Shown here in pieces: positions 21,299 to 31,757 of a stretch of 64,000 bases of DNA. The position numbers and the translations under genes were made by a program. Where the stretch lies: the IMG/VR virus record IMGVR_UViG_3300034152_000478, positions 64,001-128,000 of that record; one strand, given 5' to 3'. The notes beneath the pieces are model-generated. The model was not told the DNA's origin and did not search any database. It worked only from the letters and a program-made list of their open reading frames with translations. Position 1 is the stretch's first letter; each line of letters starts with the position of its first letter. This DNA comes from a virus.

Positions 21299-22086
21299 GT
21301 AACCAGCTCTTTACCTACCTGCAAATCTCTCCAAAGTTCGTCACATCTGGTACGGTCGCACAGCTTATCGCATATCCAGTTGGCTGGCTCAATCCTGGTA
21401 GGCATATCCATGCCATGAATAGTGCGCCAGTAGCGCCCCAGAGCCTTCTTGGTGCCTTCGGCGTGCTTGTCTGTCAAGGCAACAGTAATTGGTCTGCGCT
21501 GTATGTAATCCAGCGTCACAAAGATGTACTTGTACTGCGGAAACATCAACCGAGCTGCCAGGTCATAAATACGGACCTGCGGATCTTTCTTGGCTTCCCT
21601 ATAGGAAAGAGTCCATGTGCCTGTCTTCCAGTCGTGGATTTCCAGTGTTTCTGAATCATGCTCAAGCAATAGATCGATATATCCTTTGATTAAAATGCCC
21701 CCGCCTATATCCAGCAAGAATTCTTTTTCTGCACCAATGATCTTGCGGTTAAGCGGATTGTGTTGTGGTGCTCGACCCAATACGAGACTAACAAGATTCT
21801 CAGTATCAGCCCAAACTTGAACTTTAACCTCGTCGGCTGACAGCTCCGGGTATTTGGTGGCAGCTATGCTATATAATGAATCTATTTCTTCCTTGGCAAA
21901 TCTGGGCCAATTTTGAGCATTCAATTCTCCCAGAGCCATGCCCTCAAAAATGGAGTGCACGAAAGTGCCAAGGTTTGCTGCATAGTTTTCCTTCATTCTG
22001 ATGCGCAGCACATACTCCAGGTAAAACTTGAAGGGGCATTGTTTGAAACATTTTATACAGCTTGCTGACAAGTGTTTACAGTCCAT
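21295..22086 (-). CDS. PD-(D/E)XK exonuclease (RecB/Cas4-like)
   Basis: LSASC...CPFKFY, GTFVH, GYIDL, DWKTG, QVRIY, C-terminal Cys cluster. Confidence 0.85.
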   Translation of the reverse strand: MDCKHLSASCIKCFKQCPFKFYLEYVLRIRMKENYAANLGTFVHSIFEGMALGELNAQNWPRFAKEEIDSLYSIAATKYPELSADEVKVQVWADTENLVSLVLGRAPQHNPLNRKIIGAEKEFLLDIGGGILIKGYIDLLLEHDSETLEIHDWKTGTWTLSYREAKKDPQVRIYDLAARLMFPQYKYIFVTLDYIQRRPITVALTDKHAEGTKKALGRYWRTIHGMDMPTRIEPANWICDKLCDRTRCDELWRDLQVGKELVT

Positions 22087-22087
22087 G

Positions 22088-22354
22088 CTATTTCTCCAGG
22101 ATCGCTTTGCCCAGTTGCGAATCTTTCCACGCTGCTGAAATATTGTCTCCATTCTCCAGAATCTGACGCGCCTCTTCGTATGCTACCACACGTAGAATGA
22201 TCTTAGCGCCAGTTACATCATCAAAAACTACATGATCGCCATCTTGTTGTTGGTCCTCGGGTATTTCTTTGAAGAAGATCGAATCGCCAGCATCATGCAT
22301 TGTTTGTAGGCAGGCAAGATTCTCCCTGATCTGTTCCCGATTGTTTTTTGGCAT
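22088..22354 (-). CDS. Hypothetical protein
   Basis: Operonic ORF. Confidence 0.5.
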   Translation of the reverse strand: MPKNNREQIRENLACLQTMHDAGDSIFFKEIPEDQQQDGDHVVFDDVTGAKIILRVVAYEEARQILENGDNISAAWKDSQLGKAILEK

Positions 22355-22991
22355 TTTTCAGTTCCTTCCTCTCGATATCTAAATAGCGCTGTACACAGTC
22401 TCTTAGACGCAACGCAATGCCTTCTGGCACTTTGATGTTCTCGCTGTCAGTTAACCATTCTGCCGTGGCCACTATAAAGGCATGACACTCATCACGAACT
22501 ACATGTTCACCATAACCTTGATCTCTGACGTATTCCTCCAGGGCACTGAGGTCATGTTCGGCCATTATAGCATCCACCTCAGCCTTATAGGATTCATTAG
22601 TGAAGTACAGGCCGTGCGCAGTTTCATGAACCTCTACATCTGGATCGCTACCCTCGTATGCTCCAATCACATAGAACTTATCTGTGCGATAACGAATAGC
22701 CTCGATTAGCTCGGCTTCTTCTTCTGTGAGCGGATTGAAGAGCCCTTGGATGAACGGGGCGAAGGTCCATGACGGGACATTATATCCCTGAGTGTCCTCA
22801 GTATACGTTGCTCCTCCGGACTCATATTCAGAATACCACGATAAATATTGTCCAATGGTGAAGATTGTCTTCGCGAATTCCGGTGACTCATAATACTCCT
22901 GGACTCTCAAGAACGCTTTTGCCGCTTCTTCCTTCGTGTCGTATCTGAAGAAGATGATGTGCCTTGTGATTTGCTTGACTGTAAATCCCAT
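22293..22991 (-). CDS. Hypothetical protein with HExxH motif (possible Zn metallopeptidase)
   Basis: HETAH plus a downstream DE; strong RBS. Confidence 0.55.
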   Translation of the reverse strand: MGFTVKQITRHIIFFRYDTKEEAAKAFLRVQEYYESPEFAKTIFTIGQYLSWYSEYESGGATYTEDTQGYNVPSWTFAPFIQGLFNPLTEEEAELIEAIRYRTDKFYVIGAYEGSDPDVEVHETAHGLYFTNESYKAEVDAIMAEHDLSALEEYVRDQGYGEHVVRDECHAFIVATAEWLTDSENIKVPEGIALRLRDCVQRYLDIERKELKNAKKQSGTDQGESCLPTNNA

Positions 22992-23365
22992 ATGTTCTCC
23001 CCCTCATCATTGGGTATAGAAAAATCCTTGACTCTATCATCAAAGTTTTCCGCAAACTTTGGGTCCATTTCCGCCATTAGCTCAAACTGCAAAAGCGTCA
23101 TTGCACACCACAAAACAGACGACAAATGATGTTGTCCATCTGTAGCATCAAATCGATGTCCCACCTTCCATTTTTCAAGGTGTCTTTGAAGTGCCGCTAT
23201 AACACGACCAAACTTCATTCCTTTGCGCCAATTGTTGTCGTCGTACTTCTTGGCTCCAATGGTGTAGACTCTTGCCAGCTCATTCAGTGGCATGACTGGA
23301 ATCAGGTCGTACCGCATTTTACCTTGATCGTACTTGACTCCTTCCTTCAACTTCTCCTTGCTCAT
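22907..23365 (-). CDS. DUF5664 (dATP/dGTP diphosphohydrolase-like) protein
   Basis: GVKYDQGKMRYDLIP, GAKKYDDNNWRKG, RHL, HHLSSV. Confidence 0.85.
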   Translation of the reverse strand: MSKEKLKEGVKYDQGKMRYDLIPVMPLNELARVYTIGAKKYDDNNWRKGMKFGRVIAALQRHLEKWKVGHRFDATDGQHHLSSVLWCAMTLLQFELMAEMDPKFAENFDDRVKDFSIPNDEGENIWDLQSSKSQGTSSSSDTTRRKKRQKRS

Positions 23366-23373
23366 TCTACCCC

Positions 23374-24360
23374 CTAAATATCCTCGGTTAACTGCCATTG
23401 ATTTCTGCGCAAGCTGTATATGGGGATCTCTCCAATGTCGTTATACCTTGTACTCCATCTCATGCGCAGAACATTGTATTCATGATCGCGTAAAAGTTTG
23501 GCGGCCTTTCTTGCGCCACTTTCTCCTGCTTTATCGTTGTCGTATGCTATAATCACATTCTCTATCTTAAGATTGCCAAGCAGCAATATCTGCTCCTGAG
23601 AAATGCTACTTCCCAATGTGGCCATGCTGTGGTGTATGTTGGCCGACTCAAAGCGCAAAACATCCAGCGGTCCTTCTACCAGTATAATAGCGCCCTTTTT
23701 GGGTTTGACCGCATGTATGTTATACAGGTTGACATTAGACTTGAACCCGATTGGTAGGTGTAGCCACTTAGGTCCGCTATCGCTTTCGATTACTTTACGC
23801 GCACTGAGACCGACTACCCTGCCATGGATATCGAATATCGGGACGCTGAATCGATGCAAGCCTGCTACGCTGTGTGTGCCCACCAGATATTTTTGTTGTA
23901 CATGTGCCGGTATGCCGCGAGAAGTTGCATACGAACTAAACATAACCTTCTGGGGGTCCATATCCAGCTTCTTTTGTGAGTTGTGTGTAGTCCGTTTGTA
24001 ATTACGACGCATCTCTTGGCGTCTTTCGATTGCTACGTCTTTATTAGCTTCGACTATTTGATTAGCTATCTCACGAGCCTCTTCTCTTGTGCAATCCTCC
24101 ATGGCCATAATGAAGGCCAATGCATCGTTACCATGAACATCATGACATCGATGAGAGAAACAATGCCACGTCAAGAATTGGCAACTCCACACAAATGCTG
24201 TCTTATTATCTCCTTTGTGCACTGGGCATGGGAGTCTAAGCTGCTGATCATCCCAGCGAAATGCATCGCCAGGACCATAACCATAATATTGCAAAACTTC
24301 TGGGAAAAGCAACCCAATGCGCTTGTAGGCTTTAGGGCTGAGTGTCTTCTTGGTCGTCAT
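23374..24360 (-). CDS. dnaG: DNA primase (zinc finger + TOPRIM)
   Basis: CPVHKGDN...HCFSHRC, VEGPLD, AYDNDKAG. Confidence 0.9.
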   Translation of the reverse strand: MTTKKTLSPKAYKRIGLLFPEVLQYYGYGPGDAFRWDDQQLRLPCPVHKGDNKTAFVWSCQFLTWHCFSHRCHDVHGNDALAFIMAMEDCTREEAREIANQIVEANKDVAIERRQEMRRNYKRTTHNSQKKLDMDPQKVMFSSYATSRGIPAHVQQKYLVGTHSVAGLHRFSVPIFDIHGRVVGLSARKVIESDSGPKWLHLPIGFKSNVNLYNIHAVKPKKGAIILVEGPLDVLRFESANIHHSMATLGSSISQEQILLLGNLKIENVIIAYDNDKAGESGARKAAKLLRDHEYNVLRMRWSTRYNDIGEIPIYSLRRNQWQLTEDI

Positions 24361-25702
24361 CGCTAAGTAATCTCCATACTCCCATGTCTCTGAAGTGTCC
24401 GCACGATTTGTCTGCTTCTACACTGACATATGAATTTGAACCAGCGCCCGCTCCATAGCGCGACTTTTCCACTACAAACATATGATTTCCCTGATCTCTA
24501 CCAAGATTCATTTCTTCTGGAGTTTTCATCAGGAATTTTACGGCAGCATCAGCCGGGTGTGTAATGCGATCGGTAATAGCGAAATCCATTTCTCGATTGA
24601 GCTGGCCGGTGACGATCATTGCAATGTTATACTTGGCAGCCAGATTGTGCAGTGCGTCTGCCTGTTTGCCAGCCGCCTCATATTCCTTGGTTCCTCTCTC
24701 ACTGTGTATTGCTTTGAAGTAGTCGTAGATAACCAGACTTCTTTTGTATTTGCCATCGTCATCAAAGCCAACTTCTTTGTTAATAAAGCGGTGCACCAAT
24801 CCAGTGATTTGCTCCACAGGCATATTACCGACGTAAGTCCAAAACAAAGGCAGCTTGGCCAGTTGCTCTTGTGCTTTCTTATATTTCCTGACTGAACTCT
24901 CTACGCGCTGCCAACGACCAGTTTCCAAATCTTCGAATCTGAGCTGAGTCATGGTGGCTATCATGCGTATTGTCTGTACTTCGTGAGGCAATTCTGTATC
25001 CAGATATAATACCGGAATACCTTTCATGGCATTATGGATAGCGGCGAACATGGACAGCAGGGATTTGCCAACGCCTGTACGCGCCCCCAGAAGCGTCACA
25101 GTGCCTCCTCGACAACCCCCACCCAAGAGCTTATCCAGGGAGGGGAAGCCCGTTGAGAGCCCTCTGACGGGCTCTGAAGCCATGAGAGCCAGTACGTCTT
25201 CAACACACTGCCCCAGGTTGTACATAGTGTCGTCTTTGACTTTGCGGGAAACAAAGTCGTATATCATCTTCTCAACAGCATACACCGAGGCCAGAGCGGT
25301 CGGGGCTTCTACCATGGCAGTTTTGGCTTTGCCGATAATATGGAGCAGCTCCCTCTTAAATGAATAATTCTTAATAATCCCAGCATAGACCAGGACATTC
25401 TCCTCATCCACTTCTTCCTTGCTCAGTTCAGTTGCAAGATTGATCGCGCTATTAGCGCCGACGCTTTTAGCATCCAGGTCGAAGCCGAGTTCTTGGCCTT
25501 TGGCTACCACACTGAGAGGTTCAACCTTGTGGTTGTTGTAGTGCAACTCTTTGATGATCTGGTAGATATCGCTATGGCACCCCGCATGGAAATCAGAATA
25601 ATCCAAATAGATATTGTCTATCTCCGCGATTAACTCAGGATGCTGGATGAGAATAGCCAAAAGAGCATGCTCTACGCCAGTGTCGTGCAGGTCTTTCTTC
25701 AT
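24332..25702 (-). CDS. dnaB: Replicative DNA helicase
   Basis: STGFPSLD, GARTGVGKS, DTE, IYDY, QLNRE, KSRYG. Confidence 0.92.
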   Translation of the reverse strand: MKKDLHDTGVEHALLAILIQHPELIAEIDNIYLDYSDFHAGCHSDIYQIIKELHYNNHKVEPLSVVAKGQELGFDLDAKSVGANSAINLATELSKEEVDEENVLVYAGIIKNYSFKRELLHIIGKAKTAMVEAPTALASVYAVEKMIYDFVSRKVKDDTMYNLGQCVEDVLALMASEPVRGLSTGFPSLDKLLGGGCRGGTVTLLGARTGVGKSLLSMFAAIHNAMKGIPVLYLDTELPHEVQTIRMIATMTQLRFEDLETGRWQRVESSVRKYKKAQEQLAKLPLFWTYVGNMPVEQITGLVHRFINKEVGFDDDGKYKRSLVIYDYFKAIHSERGTKEYEAAGKQADALHNLAAKYNIAMIVTGQLNREMDFAITDRITHPADAAVKFLMKTPEEMNLGRDQGNHMFVVEKSRYGAGAGSNSYVSVEADKSCGHFRDMGVWRLLSDDDQEDTQP

Positions 25703-26172
25703 CGGCGTTCACCTACCCTACGCTTTAGAATATCGCGCAGAATGCTGGCATGCATATTGATTGATACAGGCAAGCCCTCAATGCGTTCAGCCTTCATTTG
25801 ATATTCTTCCACCTTCTCTCGTAGGCCATTTAGCTCTTGATCTTTTTGACAGGCTACCAGAGCCCTCTCCTCTTTGCTTCTTCCTTCAATTTTGTGCGCC
25901 ACAAACACCTTGGCCAGTCTGTCATTATATAGCATGTTGAAGTACTTGTAGCGTGACCTTGCCTTGTTGTACTCGTTTGTGAGGAACATTGAATAGCGAG
26001 ACAGAACTAAAATAGCCTCTTCAAGTTCTGCAAGATCGATTGTTAGATAGGTCTTCTCCTCTCTGGCCATTATCTGATGTACGTAAGTCGGATCGCCAGA
26101 CACATAAACCAACGTGCGCTTAGTCCACGTCTTCAGTTCTTCACCTATTCGCTCAGACATCGAAACCTCCAC
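25699..26172 (-). CDS. Helical protein, possibly a UvsY-like recombination mediator
   Basis: Long amphipathic helices; lies between recA and dnaB. Function inferred from position. Confidence 0.35.
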   Translation of the reverse strand: MEVSMSERIGEELKTWTKRTLVYVSGDPTYVHQIMAREEKTYLTIDLAELEEAILVLSRYSMFLTNEYNKARSRYKYFNMLYNDRLAKVFVAHKIEGRSKEERALVACQKDQELNGLREKVEEYQMKAERIEGLPVSINMHASILRDILKRRVGERR

Positions 26173-26560
26173 GAATTAATCCTATCACTGATGATACGTC
26201 ACGCGCCTCTGCATCCTTGATCCGTATAAGCGTAAAATCATTAAGCTCACACAGGCTTTCTTTCTTGCCATCGTTGCGCTTGTATCTTCCAAAGATTGCA
26301 GCATTCTTGTGAAAGTGCTCTACGAATTCATCATGCTGCCTGCCATCCACTTCTATCGCAATATTCAACAGTGGTATTAGAAAGTCGAAATACACACCGT
26401 CGATGTAAACCTCTGCATATATGTCCACACACGGGAACAGTTGCTGCAGGGCTTTCAGTGTCAGCCGCTGCGGACGAGACATATTGATAGCGCGTCCAGT
26501 CTCTGCCGCTTTCACCAGGCTGATATTAACTAATCTCCCGCAAGTATCCTTAAACTTCAA
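26153..26560 (-). CDS. DUF559/Vsr-like endonuclease
   Basis: YFDFL...IAIEVDGRQH...D.KK...LIRI. Confidence 0.8.
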   Translation of the reverse strand: MKFKDTCGRLVNISLVKAAETGRAINMSRPQRLTLKALQQLFPCVDIYAEVYIDGVYFDFLIPLLNIAIEVDGRQHDEFVEHFHKNAAIFGRYKRNDGKKESLCELNDFTLIRIKDAEARDVSSVIGLIRGGFDV

Positions 26561-27551
26561 GATGCTCTTTCAGGTCTTTCATAAACTGCTGATAAAGCTC
26601 TGCGTCTTGATACAGAGCATTAACAAACCTGGCTTCACCTTGGAACTTTTGGTCGGCATATTCATACCAGGCTCCCTTGGTTTTTACCAGGTTAAACTGC
26701 ATAGCAAGATGCATCGCATCCCAACGACCATCAATACCACGTCCGTATATCAACGGAATTTCTGTCTCTTGAAACGGGGCTGCGTATCCTGTCTTCATTG
26801 TCTTTACGCGAATATAATGACCAACAGGCTTTCCACCTCCGCTTCCCTTGATTATCGTTCCACGTTTGAATCTGATTATATTATCAGAATAGAATTTGAT
26901 TGCCTCACCACCGGGGGCGCTTTCCGGGTCTCCATAGCTGACCATTTTCATGCGTATTTGATTCATGAGAATCAAAGCAACGTTGTTCTCCTCTAAGAAT
27001 CCAGCTATCTTAGGCAGAAAGGTGCTGAACAGTTTTGGTATAGGTGCATAGAAATCTTTCTCTGTGCTTTCTTTTAGCTGTGCTGAACTAATACAAGCAG
27101 GAATTGAGTCAAGGACCACAATGCTATTTGGCGACTGCTTGACGATAATCTCAATCACATCGGCTGCTTGTTGTCCGTGCTCCGGGCGAAACACTTTCCC
27201 TTCCAGCTTGCTCACATCCAGGCCGTGTATCGTCTCCAGCAATGATCGTCTCAGCCTACGCTCTTGATCAACATAATAGCCGACTATTCCTTTCTGTTGA
27301 CCCTGTGCAATAATACTGAGGCCCATTGAGGTTTTACCTGCACCATGGCTACCGAATATCTGAGTCACCCCAGGTGCTATGCCGCCACCTATAATATGGT
27401 CCAGAGAAACACTCCCCGTGCTCACCATAAACGATGGCGCAAGAGCCTCAATCGAACGAGCAATGCGCTCGCCGCACTTTTGCTTTACCAGGTCTACGAC
27501 AGCGATTGCTTCATCAATCTCGTCAGGCGTCTTCTTCCTTCGTCCCATCAC
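26550..27551 (-). CDS. recA: RecA/UvsX recombinase
   Basis: STGSVSLD, GSHGAGKT, VLDSI, NQIRMK, GGEAIKFYS, KGAWY. Confidence 0.95.
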   Translation of the reverse strand: MMGRRKKTPDEIDEAIAVVDLVKQKCGERIARSIEALAPSFMVSTGSVSLDHIIGGGIAPGVTQIFGSHGAGKTSMGLSIIAQGQQKGIVGYYVDQERRLRRSLLETIHGLDVSKLEGKVFRPEHGQQAADVIEIIVKQSPNSIVVLDSIPACISSAQLKESTEKDFYAPIPKLFSTFLPKIAGFLEENNVALILMNQIRMKMVSYGDPESAPGGEAIKFYSDNIIRFKRGTIIKGSGGGKPVGHYIRVKTMKTGYAAPFQETEIPLIYGRGIDGRWDAMHLAMQFNLVKTKGAWYEYADQKFQGEARFVNALYQDAELYQQFMKDLKEHLEV

Positions 27552-28077
27552 CTTCTCCTAAGTGCTGTGTAGCTTGGAAGACATTGGCTGGCTTCTGCTT
27601 CGTAGTAAGCTCTATCAGGGCTTCTTCAGCGAACGTATCTCCATTCGCATTTTCTTCTTCTGCGTTTACCAGCACTTGTTCAACTTCTTCTTCTTTGATT
27701 AGGCACTTGTATTGCTTCAATACTGGGATAATAAGTTGGAATGCAGTAATTCCTGGCTTACGTTTTATCATCCCAAACATCATTTTCTTGATTGCCAAAA
27801 ACTCATTGCGCAGACGCGACACTTTGGCCTTCTTTGTCCAGAAGTACGGCGGCACATTCTTAAATCCGTAGCGCTGCACTATTATCCATTCCGCAATAGC
27901 ATCCATAAGATACCATTCACGTTTGGGGGTTGTAATAGACCGCAGCTTTAGAGTTGTTCCGTCGCCAACTTGATTTTTAGGAGGTTCCCATCTTGGTCGC
28001 TTTGATCCCGATTTCACTTTCATAAAAAGGCTCTGCTCCTCTCTTGACTTCATTCTGTAGGAAGTGTCCATCATCAC
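27523..28077 (-). CDS. Hypothetical protein
   Basis: Operonic ORF; true start probably downstream of 28077. Confidence 0.5.
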   Translation of the reverse strand: MMMDTSYRMKSREEQSLFMKVKSGSKRPRWEPPKNQVGDGTTLKLRSITTPKREWYLMDAIAEWIIVQRYGFKNVPPYFWTKKAKVSRLRNEFLAIKKMMFGMIKRKPGITAFQLIIPVLKQYKCLIKEEEVEQVLVNAEEENANGDTFAEEALIELTTKQKPANVFQATQHLGEGDGTKEEDA

Positions 28078-28396
28078 TAAACCAAGTGCAATATGTTTTC
28101 GTCACGCCTTTTGGATGCCTGGCAGTCACCCCATAGCATTTGCGCATAGTCTGCTTGCCGGTTCTGAGTGAAGCTGCCACATCATAAAAGACAAAGAAGT
28201 AGCATTGATTGTTTCGCTTGATTTGATGCGCTTCTCCATCTTGGGAATAGACTGTCATTTTACTAACAGTCAGGCCATGCTCTATGCAGTAATCACGCAA
28301 CTCACGCCATGCGCTGATCTTGTTTTTCTCATAATGGACGCTGCCATCTGAAAGCGTGGTCTCAAAATGCACCGCTGGTACGCTGATGCTTGCCAT
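27977..28396 (-). CDS. Hypothetical protein
   Basis: RBS GGGGA; operonic. Confidence 0.5.
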   Translation of the reverse strand: MASISVPAVHFETTLSDGSVHYEKNKISAWRELRDYCIEHGLTVSKMTVYSQDGEAHQIKRNNQCYFFVFYDVAASLRTGKQTMRKCYGVTARHPKGVTKTYCTWFSDDGHFLQNEVKRGAEPFYESEIGIKATKMGTS

Positions 28397-28410
28397 ATAT
28401 TCCCCCGTTG

Positions 28411-29091
28411 CTACTCAGTCTTTTTCCTGTATGCCAGGATAATCTCCCTTACTAATCCTGCTCGCATAATATCATCTTCTGTGAACTCTACGACGCCTAC
28501 TTCTCTCAGATTACGCAGGCGATCTAATGCATCTGCCATACCATTGATGTGTTTACGAATGTCCGATTGATCAAGGTCTCCGCAGATTATTATCTTCGAT
28601 CGATCATCCATTCTGGTTAATACACATTGCATCTGACTTGGCTGTGTATTTTGTGCTTCATCGACAATAACAAACGCGTTGCGGAATGTGACACCCCTCA
28701 TGAAAGCGAGAGGCATGACATGGATGATGTCTTTGTTGATTAGCTCTTCGACTACTTCCTTAGGTAGCAATTGACAGAAGTTGTCATAGATCGGCCACAT
28801 GTATGGGCTAATTTTCTCGGCGACATCTCCTGGTAGGCTCCCTAACTTTTCACCTGCGCATTCAACAGCAGGGCGAGTTACGATGATCTGTTTGACGCCA
28901 CCCTTGCCGTTTTTCAGAAAGTAGTAATCAAGCGCTTTACAAACTGCCAGAAAGGTCTTCCCCGTTCCAGCAGGCCCAAGTCCGAACACAATTCTATTCT
29001 TGTCTATTTCCTCCAGGTATGTTTGCTGTGTTTTTGTTCTCGCGTCATATTCATAGTTCGGTCTCTTTGGGGCCGACTTTTTTTTGCTCAT
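28411..29091 (-). CDS. phoH: PhoH-family ATPase
   Basis: GPAGTGKT, TRPAVE, LAFMRGVTF, DEAQN, GDLDQSD. Confidence 0.95.
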   Translation of the reverse strand: MSKKKSAPKRPNYEYDARTKTQQTYLEEIDKNRIVFGLGPAGTGKTFLAVCKALDYYFLKNGKGGVKQIIVTRPAVECAGEKLGSLPGDVAEKISPYMWPIYDNFCQLLPKEVVEELINKDIIHVMPLAFMRGVTFRNAFVIVDEAQNTQPSQMQCVLTRMDDRSKIIICGDLDQSDIRKHINGMADALDRLRNLREVGVVEFTEDDIMRAGLVREIILAYRKKTE

Positions 29092-29154
29092 GCACGTACC
29101 TTCAGAATAGTACCCAATTCATGAACAGTAAACAACGAAAACAGCTTGCTTAGA

Positions 29155-29442
29155 TTAGATATCTTCTCGATATGTCTTAGTTACGTTGTCTTTGTCCAGT
29201 GTCGACGCGCCCACTCGTGGGTACGTTGCTGTCACTTCGCGGCCATCCAGTTCGACGGTGTGATCATGTTCATTCTCATTCCACACAACACCACTGGTTG
29301 GTAAAGCATCCGCTGGCCACTGCCCTGTTGGTTCAGGATCATATCCGTAGTCTTCGTCCTTGCTATGCACAGTCACATAGGCTGGCGTAGACACAGGATA
29401 TTTGTAACTATTGTAGTCTCTACTTACCCATATCTGAGGCAT
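29155..29442 (-). CDS. Hypothetical protein
   Basis: AGGAG RBS; 95 aa, acidic and beta-rich. Confidence 0.55.
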   Translation of the reverse strand: MPQIWVSRDYNSYKYPVSTPAYVTVHSKDEDYGYDPEPTGQWPADALPTSGVVWNENEHDHTVELDGREVTATYPRVGASTLDKDNVTKTYREDI

Positions 29443-29445
29443 TGT

Positions 29446-29946
29446 TCACTCCTTTGTCGTTGGTAGAGAGTTCCAAAAATCTTGAGTTTCTGCATAAATC
29501 TTGACGGCCTCCTTCAACTGTTCTGGGTTTCCACGGATAGCGTTGGGTTTTATAACAGCTTGGACCCAGATGTGAAGGTCTTCATCTTTAAGTACGTCAT
29601 CTGCGAAGTATGCTACTACTGGTTTTCCACAGTAATGAGCAAAGGCAATCTCGGTTGACGTACCAAATCCAGTATGCTGATTCAATATTGCTAATAGCAA
29701 ATCACAATCAGCGACCGCCCTAAGGTCTTGGCAGAGAACAGTTTTCGCCAACTCCTCCCAATCGTCATCGTAGCGTTTAGCCTCACTCAGGCTTTTGTAT
29801 TGGCTGTTAATATCGAAGTCGCAGGGGTCTATTAGCTTTACTGGCAAGTCTGATAATACAGCCTTCACATTCTCCCTAATCGACCTACCTCCATCCGGCG
29901 ACTTCTCAATCGCACCGGCCAGGTAGACTTTAATCATATCGTTCAC
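29446..29946 (-). CDS. Nucleoside 2-deoxyribosyltransferase-family protein
   Basis: VYLAGAI, DLRAVADCD, GTSTEIAFA..GKPV. Confidence 0.85.
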   Translation of the reverse strand: MNDMIKVYLAGAIEKSPDGGRSIRENVKAVLSDLPVKLIDPCDFDINSQYKSLSEAKRYDDDWEELAKTVLCQDLRAVADCDLLLAILNQHTGFGTSTEIAFAHYCGKPVVAYFADDVLKDEDLHIWVQAVIKPNAIRGNPEQLKEAVKIYAETQDFWNSLPTTKE

Positions 29947-30616
29947 ACTCCCTCAAATGTGGTCTAATGAATCCTCCGCAAATTTCTATTAAGCCATGCT
30001 GCCAGTCAGGCATTGCCACATAGTCCTGGACCATCTTGCACAAGCAGCCACTCTCAGCCGCTGTAATCACCTTCTTGTTGCCGAGTGTCCTGTGTTTAAT
30101 GGCAAGACGATGGCTGTGCCCTTGGACAGTAGAGACGCCGTAGCGACCCAAATTGTAGCTGCATGTGCTTTGCCCATACTTGACACCATGGAAAACGAGT
30201 ACATCCTGCTCATGGTAATACTCGCCATCTGCCACGATCTCCCAGTTCTTAGGGACTCTTAATAGTTCAGCGAAGGTGAATTCCATAAGGTCGGCAAATT
30301 CTGGGGCATTGCGCCATAGGTATTTCTGCAATCGCCGCTCGTGATTACCTTCCAAATAGACCACCTGGCAATGCTTGAGCCGCTTGGCGAACATGGCTAT
30401 AAAATCCCTGGCTTTTGCTATCTCTTCCTTAAAAAGCACCCGCTTGCTGGGATGTTTAAGAAACCTACTAATAGCATTGAAATCAACCAGGTCTCCAAGA
30501 AGTATTACCTTATAGGGACGCAATCTTGCCACAGTACGCAACGCCCACTCAACTGCTGCTGGGTCGTGGTCTGGGCAATGGGCATCACCCAGAACAATAG
30601 CTCTCTTGTTTGACAT
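29930..30616 (-). CDS. Calcineurin-like metallophosphoesterase
   Basis: GDAH, GDLVD, GNHE, HG, GHSH. Confidence 0.9.
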   Translation of the reverse strand: MSNKRAIVLGDAHCPDHDPAAVEWALRTVARLRPYKVILLGDLVDFNAISRFLKHPSKRVLFKEEIAKARDFIAMFAKRLKHCQVVYLEGNHERRLQKYLWRNAPEFADLMEFTFAELLRVPKNWEIVADGEYYHEQDVLVFHGVKYGQSTCSYNLGRYGVSTVQGHSHRLAIKHRTLGNKKVITAAESGCLCKMVQDYVAMPDWQHGLIEICGGFIRPHLRECERYD

Positions 30617-30630
30617 GTAGTGAACCTCTG

Positions 30631-30927
30631 TTAGTCTTGACCTTTTTCAATCGTCTTCACATCATCACGTCGTTTTACTGCGATGTGAAACTTCTTGTTA
30701 GGCTTCATCTGGTCAGGCATTGGGCCAACATTCGGGTCCCATGTATCATTCCCCAGCTCTTCCTGGGTAGGCTTTTGGGGCTCTGCCTTATCTCCAGCAA
30801 TCAGGGTCAAAATCGATCGCAATTCAGCTACTTCCTCTCTTAGGGTTGCTACTTCTTCTTCCAGTTCATCTAACTTTTTTAGTCTCTTTTGCACTGCGGT
30901 TGCACTGATAATGTTCCTCTTAGCCAT
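30631..30927 (-). CDS. Hypothetical coiled-coil protein
   Basis: TAATG coupling. Confidence 0.55.
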   Translation of the reverse strand: MAKRNIISATAVQKRLKKLDELEEEVATLREEVAELRSILTLIAGDKAEPQKPTQEELGNDTWDPNVGPMPDQMKPNKKFHIAVKRRDDVKTIEKGQD

Positions 30928-31757
30928 TAAGTTCCTCCGAGAATCTTCTTTCCTAACTCAACTTGCTTAAGCTCTTTAATTATCGATGTTACAGGAATTA
31001 CGCCTGCAACAAAATATCCTGGGTCCCATGTGATAACTGCGAGACCGATTAGTTTGCCAGTCTTCTTGTCGTATACTCCAGCTCCAGACACCCCACCAAC
31101 CAAATCCATAGTGATCAATATGGTGTCTATATACTTTCCTATATGGCTGTCTTGATGTCGACAATTAAACCGGGCAACATTGCCTGACAAATATACTGGT
31201 GGGAGACCATAAGGACAACCAATACAGAATGTCTCTTCTCCCACTCTTATATTATCAAACTCTTTTACTGTAGCCAACTCAATAGTCGGCATATTAAGCA
31301 AGAGCTTGGTTGGTTTCTTGACTGACAATTTCAGTATTGCCAGGTCGTTTTGCTCAAATCTCAGCCAGCCTTGACATTTGTAGTCTTCATGGCCCGTTCT
31401 TCTATCGCTTCGATCATACTGCCAGCAACACAGCTTCATTTCGACATTGCGAATATGTCTGTATTTCCCTACTTTGACTAAGCCCAGATCAACTACATCC
31501 TTCTGGCGTGTAATATGATCCGCCGTTAGGAAGTATAAGACTAATACCCCGTCTTTCGTAGTCTCTTTGTAAATACACGTTGCTGTACCACAATTGCCGG
31601 TTTGTATGTTGGTGGCCTTAACGACAGCTTGTAATACGAGCTGTGAATGTGGTCGAAAGTTAGGTTTCTGAGTTGTTACCTGCGGACATTCCTGACAACA
31701 GGACATAAGTAATAGAACCGGCACCACCAATCCAATGGCCAGGTGCTTGGCTATCAT
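30927..31757 (-). CDS. Trypsin-like serine protease with signal/lipoprotein N-terminus
   Basis: LTADH (His), DLAIL (Asp), GGVSGAGV (Ser); hydrophobic leader ending LMSC. Confidence 0.8.
   Translation of the reverse strand: MIAKHLAIGLVVPVLLLMSCCQECPQVTTQKPNFRPHSQLVLQAVVKATNIQTGNCGTATCIYKETTKDGVLVLYFLTADHITRQKDVVDLGLVKVGKYRHIRNVEMKLCCWQYDRSDRRTGHEDYKCQGWLRFEQNDLAILKLSVKKPTKLLLNMPTIELATVKEFDNIRVGEETFCIGCPYGLPPVYLSGNVARFNCRHQDSHIGKYIDTILITMDLVGGVSGAGVYDKKTGKLIGLAVITWDPGYFVAGVIPVTSIIKELKQVELGKKILGGT

Noticed and set aside
21295-22086. Cas4 or a CRISPR locus
   Set aside because: No repeat-spacer array or other cas genes seen; the nuclease sits in a replication context.
17942-27551. Inteins or introns in dnaE, dnaB or recA
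   Set aside because: Lengths are normal and no splice-junction motifs are visible; DnaE has only a short helical insertion.
29092-29154. Pho box upstream of phoH
   Set aside because: The TGTT elements are not spaced 11 bp apart; only a weak sigma70-like match is present.
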